DNA of 64,000 nucleotides from Octopus vulgaris (taxonomy: Eukaryota): NCBI GenBank assembly GCA_951406725.2, contig OX597836.1, forward strand, positions 28,954,001 to 29,018,000, given 5' to 3'. Numbering within the stretch: position 1 is the first letter of the stretch; every line of letters begins with the position of its first letter. This document shows, piece after piece, positions 41,884 through 54,600 of this stretch. Below the pieces are notes generated by a model. The model saw only the letters and a program-made list of their open reading frames with translations, made no database searches and was not told where the DNA came from. The position numbers and the translations under genes are program-made.

Positions 41884-44800
41884 GTCAGTGTTCATAATCG
41901 ACAGAGTGTAAGTACCTTGAGAGAAAAGTTGAACCTAAGAAGCATCAGTTGTGGTGTGCAAGAGAGACGGCTGTGCTGGTATGGTCATGTGACGAGAATG
42001 GCTGAAGATAGTTGTGTGCAAAAGTGCTACACCCTAGCAGTTGAGGGAACCTGTGGAAGAGGTAGACCCAGGAAAACCTGGGACGAGGTGGTGAAGCACG
42101 ACCTTCGAACTTTAGGTCTCACCAAGGAAATGACTAGAGACCGAGACCTATGGAAGTATGCTGTGCGTGAGAAGACCCGGCAAGACTAGTCAGGCCATAA
42201 CCCGTGGCCCCTACCTGGGACGTAGTCAGTCCACCTGTGCATACCTTCCTTCTTGTGACACTTGTGAAGACCTGTTGAGGCAAGTGAAAATCAAATCAAA
42301 CCAAATCAAAATAGATGAACATAAATGGAATTTGTATCTTTGTGGTACCAGTGCCGGTGGCACATAAGAAAACCATCCAAACGTGGCCGTAGCCAGTACC
42401 ACATCGACTGGCCTCCGTGCTGTGGGCACGTAACAAACACCATCCGATCGTGACCGTTCGCCAGCCTCGTCTGGCACCTGTGTCAGTGGCACATAAAAAA
42501 CACCATCCGAGCGTGGCTGTCTGCCAGCCTCGTCTGGCACCTGTGTCGGTGGCACATAAAAAACACCATCCGAGCGTGGCCGTTTGCCAGCCTCGTCTGG
42601 CACCTGTGTCAGTGGCACATAAAATCACCCACTACACTCTCGGAGTGGTTGGCGTTAGGAAGGGCATCCAGCTGTAGAAACTTTGCCAGGTCAGATTGAA
42701 GCCTGGTGCAGCCCCCTGGCTTGCTAGTCCTCAATCAAACCGTCCACTAGCATGGAAAGCGGACATTAAACGATGGTGATGATGATTATGATATAGATAT
42801 AGATATATATATATATATACACACACATATATATATGTACAAAGTCAGATAGGGGTTATGGGTGTAACCCACTATGGGATAATATTTATCCAATATACTG
42901 TTGGTAAAGTACCCAGATTCTTAATACATAAATGTTTGTAATTGCAATGCAATTAACTCATTTATTGTATTAAGCGGGTGAAGGTAAAGAAATATTTTTA
43001 CCGTAAATTTATAATACAAATAAGAAAATGGAGAAACAAATTTAGTTTGTTCATCAACTTTCGGATATTAGAATGTTGGATTATTTATTCATTTAACAAA
43101 ATGAGAACCTCAGTAGCATACATATATATTTTACAATTCAATACATATAAGATTAGTATACAAATTATAAGAATCTTAATATAAATTATTGAAATCATTA
43201 AAATCACTTCTTACAGCTGTTTCAGCCTATGGCTAAAAGTATTTTTATTTTTATTGCCTATAGTTGTCAACATAACGAGGTTGTAGGCATTTAAAAATAG
43301 GGTACTTATATAACCATACTTGATTTAAACATTTCTGATATTTGTCTCCTTGTGATACATACTTCCATGTGATATCTCCATGTAATGCTTGCTTGTCTCC
43401 ATGTGATATTTTCTTTTATTTTAGACAGAAACTATACAACAAACCTCTGTCCGAAAGCCCATTGGTGGGGTTTCAATATTTGGTGGAATTGACTTCTCAG
43501 AAATTAAAAAGAAGAAAAAGTCAGATGGTGAGGAAGTCTTCACAGAAAACAGTGAGTCTTCAGGTTTTATTTATTTTTGTGTCTCTTATTTACTGATCAG
43601 CCCTAGGTTAGCCCTAATCCAACAGAATTATGGCCACAGGTGTTCCAGCCATGATATCACAGCTTTTATTGAAAGGTAGTGTGACTAGGGCTGCATTATC
43701 TGTTTTTAAGACAGTGATGTATGATTTGAGTAATGATGTAGGCTCAATCATGGCTGCGTGGTAAGACGTTTGCTTCTGAATCACATGGTTTCAGGTTCGA
43801 TCCCTATGTGTGACACCTTGAACAAGTGCCTTCTACTACAGTACTGGGCCAAGCAAAGCCATGTGAGTGGATTTAGTATGACAGAAGTTTACCATATACA
43901 TATATATGTGTGTATGTGTATGTACAAGGTCTGATCAAAAAGTATCGGACCTGGTGTTATATAACGAAAACTACAACACATATCAATTCAGCATTTAATT
44001 CCCTTCGAAGTTGTCCCCTTCTCAAGCCACACAGTTTATCCAGTGTCAATTCCATTATTATTATTATTATTATTATTTGAAAAACATCACCATTTAATGT
44101 TTGTCACCACTTCAACATGGCTGTTAGAGATAAGGTGTCCAGCACTGAGAAAGGGCCAAAATAGCTCAAAACTGGGCTTGTCTGCTGGTCCTGTCGCTAG
44201 AAGGTGGTAGGGGGTCTGCTCCCCTCCTAGCAATATATTTGATGCAACTAGCATCATTAACCAGCTAGAGGAAATGTTCTCTTGGGGTTAAAAACAAATT
44301 GCAGTAACATTCATTCATACAGAACAGCCACGTTGAAGTGGAGTCAAGCATTACTTGCCAGTACAGTGACGACTTTCATCTCTTACAGAGATTTTAAATA
44401 ATGAGCTGCTTAGCTTGTTGCATCATTATTTAATTTTGTATTTTTTTGTCTTCTTTACAGCTGTATCAGTTAATGTTGAAGAAAAGTCAACAGCCAAAGC
44501 TCCAGCTCCTCCTGTCAAACCAAAGAAGATTTTAAAAATTCAGGTTAGTAATTGTGTTTTAGAGATGTCTGTACTTGAGAGTTTATAGAAAGAATGGACT
44601 ACACTAACCTTCAGAGAATCATGCCTTTTGGTTATACTTAACAGACTTTTTACTCATTGTTAATCCAACAAATAAGAAAAACATGTCAATAAAAGCAATA
44701 GAAGATCAGTTGAAGGATAGGTGGGAAAGGCCAGATCTGGCCAGTTTCAATATAAAACAAGTAGAATATTTAGGCCAGATGTGGCCAGTTTAAATGCTAC

Positions 44801-45603
44801 AACAGTGGTTTTCGACCATTTTTTTTTTTTTTTTTACCAATGGACCCTATTGATTATTGTTTTATTCTGGTGGGTGCCCACAGCCATTCAATGCTTAATA
44901 GCTAGTTTTATAGATGCTTCTTTCAAAATGCCTATTTTGCTTCGGTTTGCAATAGCAGCCTCTGGGAGAACATTTTTCAGTTGCCAGAAACATGTTAAAT
45001 GATGTAAAATATTAGAGAAAGAAACATGGCTTTCTTAGTGCCACATTAAATGCACACATGCAGGTGCTGCATAAACACACCCGTGCCAGTGACCTGTGAA
45101 AAGCACCAAGTGCACTGTGAAAAGTGGTTGGCGTTAGGAAGGGTATCCAGCTGTAGAAACCATGCCAAAACCGACAATTTGGAGTTTGGACAGCACACTC
45201 GCTGACCAGTTCCTGCTGTCAAAATATCTAACCCATGCCAGCATGGAAAACAGATGTTAAACAATGATGACAATGAAATACATCTAAAGCAAAAAATTTT
45301 TTCATGGACCCTTAAAATACTACTATAGATCCCACTTTACAATTTTGTTTGTGTTGAGCACCAAAATCTTATGTGGGCCCCAGTTGAGAACCACTGTAAT
45401 TTTATTCAACATATTCCTCTCTCAGATTCACACATTGCAACGGTCCATCAGTTTTTCTAAAGGTTAATCAGAGATTATCTGTTGCTGTGTATTTAATTAA
45501 ATTCCATTTAACACCACTACCTCCCTCACTGCTACCAACTCCATCTCCTTCAACATTTCCTGCCTGTTAATTATAATTTTGAAATTGCATTTGATTTCAT
45601 TCA

Positions 45604-45638
<35 letters not shown>

Positions 45639-48600
45639 TTTGCTGCAGTAGATTCTGGGTTTAGATTTTTGCCTTTTTATAAATCCTGTCCCCACTTTTT
45701 TTTCCCTCCTTCCCAATTGTTCTTTTCTTGTCTTGCAAGTTACTCGGCAACCTCATTGGTGCTGGTGCTTCAAAGAAAAAGTCACCCAGTCATCATCATC
45801 ATCATTATTGTTTAACATCCGCCCTCTATGGATGGGATGGTTTGACAGGAGCCAGCCAGGCAGAAGCCTACACAAGACTTCTGTAACTGTTTTGGCAGGA
45901 TTTTTACAGCTGGACGCCCTTCCTAACGCCAACCACTCAGCAGAGTGGACTTAGTGCTTTTTACATGGCACAAGCACAGGCAAGGTCAGTTTTGGTATGG
46001 TTTTTACAACTAGGTGCCCTTCCAAATGCCAACCACTTTACTGTGTAGACTGGGTGCTTTTGAGTGGCATCTGCACTGACAGGGTCACCAAGTACTTGCA
46101 AAACAAAAAAAAAGTGGCTAGTGTTAGGAAGGGCATCCAGTTGTAGAAACTGTGCCAACACTGACATGGATTGTAATGCAGTTTTGTGGGTCACTGATTC
46201 CTGTCAAACTGCCCAGCCTGCCAGCATAGAAAAATGGATGCTAAATGATGATGGTTCAGATTTCTCCTGAAGATGTCAGCCCATACATGTTCAAACTGAA
46301 TATTTACTGCTTTGACTTCACTCATGAGACGGACCCTGCAGAGGTCAAGGGTTGTGAGTCCCAGCTCATCATCATTTTACTAATACATTTGCACAGTTCT
46401 ACTGTATATAACTTGACTCCAATAGGCTTAGACGTCTGTGACCATTTAAGATGTGTGTGTGTGTGGTGGGGGATGGAATCAGAATCAAAACCTGTTTATT
46501 TGCATTGCATCATGCTTTTATTTGCTTGTTTATATTATTTTTGATGATGATGATGATTGTTTTGAGTGGGGTGTGTTTTTTTCTTGTTTAAAAAGCCTTG
46601 TATTTGTTTTATTTTACCAATTTATGTGATGTTATGGTGTTCATGCGCTGACTGGGAAAACTTTCAGACTATTTTCAGTGCTTTTTTTTAGCTTATTATT
46701 TATTTACCTATTTATTGTTTACATTTTACTCATTTCAGTCATTGGACTGAGGCCATGCTGGGGCACTGCTTTGAAGGGTTTAATCAAACAAATCAACAAC
46801 CCCAATGCTTATGATTTTAAATAAAAATACTGTCTATGAGTTGCACAGTAGCCCCTTGTCACTACTTTCCCTCTCCCGTATATATATATATATATATATA
46901 TATACGAGGTTGAGGAAAAAGTTTGTGTGCCATGTTAAAATAATGATTTTTTATGCAAGAATTTATTCAAAAACAACAACGACTATTCTTCAAAATAAAG
47001 ACCATCATTTTCTACGACCTTCTGCCAATGATCTGCAAGCTTTCAGATTTGGTCAAAGTATCAATCCTTTGGCTTTGCATCGAAAAGTTCTTGACAGGTT
47101 TCTTCAACTTCCTCGAATGACTCAAAGCAACCTTTCATAAAGTGCTGCATTGGTCAGAAGAAACTATAGTCAAATGGAGCAACGTCTGGACTATAGGCTA
47201 GATGTGGCAGAACTTCCACACCATCCAATTCTTCAATCTTGTTGCTGGTCTTTCTGGCGGTATGCAGATTTGCATTATCTTGTTGAAACAAAGCTTGTTT
47301 TCGACGAAGAACTCTTTGGTAATTTTCAACAGTGGGTCACCATTGAACATGACATGAACTGAATGAACACACACACACCACAAAAATATATAAAAGAGCA
47401 TTATTTTAACATGGCACGTGAACTTTTTCCTCAACCTCATATATATATATATATATGACTGGCTTTGGGTAACAGAAAATACAGGAGGATCAGTTAATTA
47501 TGATTGTATTCAACATATCCACATCTAGATTCACACACTTTTTACAGTGGTCCTTCAGTTTTTCTAAGCTCTGTAAAAGAACTCAGGTTGGGCCTCCAAC
47601 CAGGCCTTTTGTGATACCCTTAAAGCCAGAAACTTCAATTGATAATGTTAGTGTTGAATCCTTCCTAGAATTAGGGTTGAATGAATGTGGTAATATTTAA
47701 GGTTTGTTTGTTCCTAAACAACAATTGTTTTAGTGCTGTTGATACTGCTAGATTGAATGATACTGCCTAGGTGTCGAAACCATGTTGGTATTGCTGTTAT
47801 TGTATGTGTGAAATAATTTTATAACACATCCATTTGAGATATATATATATATATATATATAATCAAAATCGAAATCACTCAAAAATCAATGGAAATTATA
47901 GTTGCCGGTGGCACGTAAAAAAACCATCCAAACGTGGTCGTTGCCAGCGCCACCCCAACTGGCCTCCGTGCCAGTGGCACGTAAAAAGCACCGATCATGG
48001 CCATTGCCAGCCTCACCTGGCACGTAAAAAACACCCACTACACTCACGGAGTGGTTGGCGTTAGGAAGGGCATCCAGCTGTAGAAACACTGCCAGATCAG
48101 ACTGGGCCTGGTGCAGCCTCCTGGCTTCCCAGACCCCAGTCGAACTGTCCAACCCTTGCTAGCATGGAAAGCGGACGTTAAACAATGATGATGATATAAG
48201 AAATATAGTAAACCATTAACTATTGTTCATAAAATACATGGTATAAATAAATAGCAGCTGGCTGAGTCAAACCTCGCTGTGTTGTTATGGTCATGACTTT
48301 CCCCAAAGGCATTAGTTGCATACCAGAAGTGGAATAGCTTCAGTTGAGATCTTACTTATGTCTGTGACACATCATGGAATCTAGGAATTGTCTGCAAAGT
48401 GTTTCCCAGTCTCTGACACTCTTTCATTTTTAAACCTGTATTCTTAACTGCATGCTTTGTTAACGTGAAAAAAATTAATTTAATTATAAGAAATGGAAAA
48501 ACAAAAATGAAGAGAGAGAAAACATGACTAAAATATTGGTTATGTTTCTGGGTCTGTTTTCTGTAAGAATTAAACATTAAGAGAATTAGAGCTTCTTTTT

Positions 48601-51600
48601 TTATTTGTATAGAATTTTTTGAATCTAGTTAGTCTTGGTAATTAATATTAATATAAAAAGGTTCAAGCTGCCAGAATTGTTAGCATACTAGGCAAAATGC
48701 TTAGCAGCATTTCATCTGTCTTTACATTCTGAGTTCAAATTTCTCCAGGATCAACTTTGCCTCTCATTCTTTCGGGGTTGATAAAATAAATACCAGTTAA
48801 GCAATGGGGTTCAATGCAATTGATTTATCCCCCCCCCCGCAAAATTGCTGGCCTTGTGCCAAAATTTGAAATCAATATTGATCAGTATAATAATAATAAT
48901 AACAACCCTTTTTACACGAGGCCTAAAATTTCAGGGGAGGGGACTAGTCAATTACATCAACCTCTGTTCAACTGGTACTTATTTTATCAACCTCAAAAGG
49001 ATGAAAGGCAAAGTTGACCTTAGTGGAGTTTGAACTCAGAATGTAGCAACATGCAAAATACCACTAAGCATTTTGCCCAGTATGCTAATGATTCTGCCAG
49101 CTTGCTGCCATAATAAAAATAATAATAATTTCTACTATAGGCACTAGGCCTGAAATTTTGGGAGACAGGAGCCAGAGCCAGTCAATTTGATTGACCCCAG
49201 TATGCAACTGGTAATTAATTTATTGACCCCAAAAAGTTGAAAGGCAAAGTTGACCTTGGTGGAATAATAATAATAGTTTTTTTTTTTTAATAACAACAAC
49301 AATAATAATAATAATGACAAGCAATTCTCAAATACAAAAAATAATCCATGTTATCTGTGAGCTTCTGCCCTTTGCTCTGTCAAATTGTTGTTTATCAGTT
49401 TATAATAGAGATAATTGTGGTTGTCATTGTTAGTATTCTTTAATACCAGGCCAGCCTTAATCCAGCTGATTATCAAACATAAAGTCTGCATTATCTTAAT
49501 GTATCTTATTTTTTAAAAATAAAAATAGGCTGTAATTTGAGGAATATCCTGTAGTTGTGTCAAAAGCAGAGGAGTTATGTAGATCTATAATAATACTGGG
49601 CAAACTGTGACCCATGGGACTCTCTGAATGGCACACTAATAAAAAAAGAAATTACCTTGAATTTTTATCATAGTACGGCCTTCCTGATGATGAGTCAGAT
49701 CTCATATGGCCCTCTTCTGGAAAAAAGGTTGCCCGTACCTGTCTTATGTATTTATTTCTTTATTGCCCATAAGGGGCTAAACATAGAGGGGACAAACAAG
49801 GACAGACAAAGGGATTATGTTGATTACATCGACCTCAGTGCATAACTGGTACTTATTTAATTGACTCCAAAAGGCAAAGTCAATCTCAGGAGAATTTGAA
49901 CTCAGAACATAACGGCAGACGAAATACCACTAAGCATTTCGCTTGGCATGCTAACGATTCTGCCAGCTCACTGCCCTTACCTGTCATATATTATAGATCC
50001 TCTTAAAGCCTGAGACCTGTTGATTAACTCTTATGTATCTCTCTTTTATGAAGCTTCTTTAACCCTAGGCCTGGTGAGCACCATCTAAGTTATGTAATTC
50101 TATGTTATAGATCTTCTTAAGGCCTGAGATCTGTTGACCAACATTAAGTTACGGAGATGAGGAATTATGTATAGTGTTTATATACCTATTAAAAGGTGCC
50201 AGTCTTGGGAACCTTTTTGAATTCCATGTGTTAAACACTGTTGGGTATGCTTATAAAATCAAAAAATACCACAACACCCATGGCTTTTGGAAACATGTTT
50301 TTCACATTCAGAATTACTGAAACATGGAATAAACTATACCTGTATCAGTTGTTAGCTGTTGGGACACTACATCCTTCAAAATTTCCATGCTTCCTGAAAT
50401 TCGCCAACATTACACCTGATACCTGCCACTTTTTTTTTTTTTTTTTTTGAGTTGCAGTGCACCTGAGCACTGTATACAACAATATTATTATTATTATTAT
50501 TAGTCAGGCTTGTGTCCTCATTTTGATTGTTACTTTCACTATGTTTCCACAGTTGTACACTCCAACCTTCTTCAGGTGTCTTGTGTTAACCCTCTGGTTT
50601 GTTGAGCACCATCTAAGTTATGTAGTTGTCTATTATAGATGTTCTTAGAAAGGGCTCACTATTGGAGGGGGGTAAAAGCTACACCCAGCAACAATAACAA
50701 TAACAAATATCAACAAAACTTCTTTAGAAATGTATAATTCTTTCAGAAAACATCACTTTGTGTCTCTTCATTGCTAGAGATGATAAGCTGAATAATAATA
50801 ATAATACCAGTAATATCCTTGGGAGTGATGTATTCCATCATCTGCTCCATCCACCTCGTTATATAACACATCGTTAAGCATGCTTTGATGCTTTTTATTC
50901 TGATTGGCTTTTTTCTTTATTTTTGTTGCTTCTGTGTGTAATGACAGTCCGATTTAACAGATGGCCTCGATGCAGAACCAGATGTAAGTACCTCCACCCT
51001 CCATATTGCTCCTTCCTCTGCTCTTCTCTCTTCTTAATCCTCTTCTTTATCCCCTCCTTCCTCCATTCAAACTTCATAACCAACGATAAATATTTTGATG
51101 TCCAAGCATCATTTGTGAAGTTAAAAATAGGCACATATTGGACAAACAGTTACCCAAATATCCATGTTCGTTCACTGGAGTGACAGGGACCCATCCTGTC
51201 ATCTTGAGGATGATTACAGTCTTGTGCAGTGACCCCTTGGTCATGACCATCTTCAATCCATAGGCAAGACCAGGTGAAGACGATTGGGGATGGAGATGGA
51301 TGCAGTGGCTCACCAAGATGTCTTGCTTCCTGCTCTCTTCAAAGCATTGCTGCAGCTGCCTTTCCCTCTGTCGGTGTGATAAAGACCATCTGGTCATCCT
51401 TAGGAACGATTGATTACTTGCACAAGGACTTTTATGAAAGTGAAGAAGAATTGTGCCCTGTCGACCTCACTCTCTCTTTCTTATCCTTGACCATCTTCAG
51501 TCCAGTGACAAGACCAAGTCAAGACAACTGGGGATGGCAACAGATGAAGTGGATGACCAAAGTGTCTCACCTTGCTCCCTGCAATATACAATGTTTTTCT

Positions 51601-54600
51601 GAAATTGCTTTCCTCTTTGTTGAGCCATAAAGGTTTCTTCTGCAGACTCTGCTAGATTCAGTTTTCATATGCATAGGTAGGCAGGCATTAACACACCAAG
51701 AATTAAATATCCATTGGGTAACCTCACCTTGTTTAGCCCACCAGTTTAAGCAGTTTACTGCAGTGTTGATGCTGTTACATGCAAACAGTTACCCGGAGCT
51801 TGCACCCAAATACACACACACACCAAAATATAGTCTGTTCCTGTATTTCATGTATACATTTTTACGTCATTTTGTCATAATTCAAATTTCTTATTTTTTT
51901 CTTTTCTTCTCCCACTTAAAAAATTTTTTTTCCAGATTCCTCCGCTTGTGCCACCAACCAGCTTCGGTAACGAAGAACCACAATCCTCTTCTGTATCATT
52001 TGATGAACCTGCCTCTGCCCAGCCCCTAGAAAGTGCCACAAAGGTAAATACCATTATTTATTCCTTGAAATAGTTTTAATGAAAAACAATGGGTTTAGCA
52101 GTTTGTTTCATGTTGGTCAGTGAGTCCTGATTGGGAAAACTATGATCAAAGACCTTCCAGTTGTGACCATCCCATCCTGCACATCTTGGTCAACATTATC
52201 CTTTATGTTCCTTTTCTTCTGACTAAGCTATAGCAGTGTGTAATTGGGGTGGAGGATAATGTGGCTGCTATTTCTAACAGATCCAGTGACTACATAGAGC
52301 AGGCACAGGCAACCTTTTTCATGAAGTGGGCCACAAGAGACATGGCTCATCATCAGATGGACCACACCAATGAAAAAAATTCAAGTTAATTTTCCATTGG
52401 GTATGCCATGCATAAAGTCCCTTAGACCACAGCTTGCCACTGGCTGATATAGAGGCTCCTTCCTGAGTTTGTAGTTTGAGAGTTTTCTTCCAAAATTGAC
52501 CTTCTACATGAATACAACCGCCCCATCCTAAACTAAAATGAATTTTTGATTATCCCGAGGGATTAAAAGATTAATGACAGCTTTCCAGGTTGAGCCACTA
52601 CTTCACATTGAAGGGCCCAAAATTGACCTTCCACATGAATACAGCCTCCCCATCCTAAACTAAAATGAATTTTTGATTATCCTGAGGGATTAAAAGATTA
52701 ATGACACCTCTCCATGTTGAGCCACTACTTCACATTGAAGGGTCCAAAATTGACCTTCCACATGAATACAGCCTCCCCATCCTAAACTAAAATGAATTTT
52801 TGATTATCCTGAGGGATTAAAAGATTAATGACACCTCTCCAGGTTGAGCCACTACTTCACATTGAAGGGTCACAGTTCTGATATTACAGACGTGTGATTA
52901 GAATATTGCGGGAAAGAATCCCAAGACAGAGTCTTCAAGTTGAGCCAACTGGCAAGAAGCCCAGGGATAGATAGACCAAGAATGGGGTGGTTGGATAATA
53001 TCAATAGTCTCAGTTGGTTATGCTTGGAAACTCAGCTGAGAAGTCTAGTGATGGAACCCTATAGAGGAGGTGACTGAGGATTCTACCCCATGACACACCC
53101 AAGAATTAGTGGGCAGAGAAGATAAGATGGATGTCTGATACCTCTCATGTCTTTCTCAGATTCTGATGGAAAAAAAAATCTCTGATGTTTTTTTTATTTT
53201 TATCTAATAATCCCAAACTACAGTTTTTAAAAAAAATGGTCTTAAGGGAGAATTAATAATTCTTATTTCCTAAGACATAGCAAATTGGTAGAATCCTTAA
53301 AACAAAACACAAATTACTTTGCCTCCCTCCTCTCTTTCTCTCTCTCTCTATATATATATATATCCAGGTCATTGTTGCTCTCTATCTATATTTCACACAT
53401 CTCCATGTCTCTCTCTTTTCCAATCTTCAATCTTCCTTCTCATCATCACCACTTCTCTTTCTTTCCCTCTCTCCCACCCCCTTCAGTATCCATTTTTCAT
53501 CTCTTACTCTATCTACTTCTTCTCCCTATGTGTAGAAGCGAGCCCGTATCCAGCTGAAGCGGCGACCACCCACACGGAAATCCAGGCCAGTCACTGCATC
53601 AGACTTGGACACCGATACTCCTTCTGTCACCTCTCCACAGACTGCTGCTCCTTATTTGGAATCAGTAACATCCCCTCTCTCTCCTGACACTGCCTCCTCC
53701 ACTGCAGCCGACCCATTTGGTGTGATGTCAGCACCAGCCATCTTCCCAGACAAAGACCCATTCCAGTACAATGATGTAGGAGTGACCACAACAACGACAA
53801 CAGCAAAAAGCACAGTTGACGGCAGTGAACCCCTTTCGACTGCTCCCTCGCAACCCACATCCACGTCGAAGCCCCTTGACACAAGCGCCAACACCGAAAA
53901 GGAACTGGTGAGCAGCATGGAGAAAAGCCTGTCTTTGAAATCCTCTAACATCAAAGATGATGATGATGACGACTTATTTGGGTCGAGCACAAAGACCACA
54001 TCATCAACCGTTACCAGCTCATCAGTGTCAACAAAGGGCGGTAAGACAACACTGTTGACATCCACCACTACAACCACCAAGACATCCAGTGCCTCTGCTA
54101 ACACTAGTGCCATCTTTGACGACGACGATTCTGATATCTTTGCTGATTCAGATTTGCTGCTGAACAAAAAGAAAGGTAAATGTTTACATAAATTATATTA
54201 AATAAGACAATAATTTTTTTGGTTTTTCGAACACAGAAATGCCATTAGAACAGCAGAAATATTGGATAAATTACCTTTACAAAGCATAATAATTTGTCAA
54301 CAACCAGCCATGGGACTCAAACCCACATCCCTCAAACACTCTGGCTGAGTGCTTTACCATTAAGCTAAACTGCCCACTGACAAATTTAGATGCTATAAAG
54401 CTAAAAGCACAACTACATTTATATTTATATACACATAGTTTGTTAAGTGGAACGAGATAAATGCAAATTTACTTCGAAATAACAAACTGAAACAGCTGTA
54501 AAAGTTCTTGAGCTACAATTAAACTATGACCTTTTAATACCAATGATCAACTTCTAATTGTTAATTGTTGCTCCATTTCTTTTCTTATCTGAATATACAC

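Noticed and set aside
50553-50575. Candidate micro-exon (ccacag|ttgtacactccaaccttcttcag|gtgtct)
   Set aside because: 23 nt would break the phase 0-0 junction, the donor is weak and the peptide is not FAM21-like.
52490-52871. CRISPR-like or other repeat-spacer array (also 42357-42625, 17020-17228)
   Set aside because: Contiguous tandem units with no unique spacers, eukaryotic context and no cas genes.
53652-54167. 171-aa antisense ORF
   Set aside because: Shadow of the WASHC2 640-nt exon on the opposite strand.
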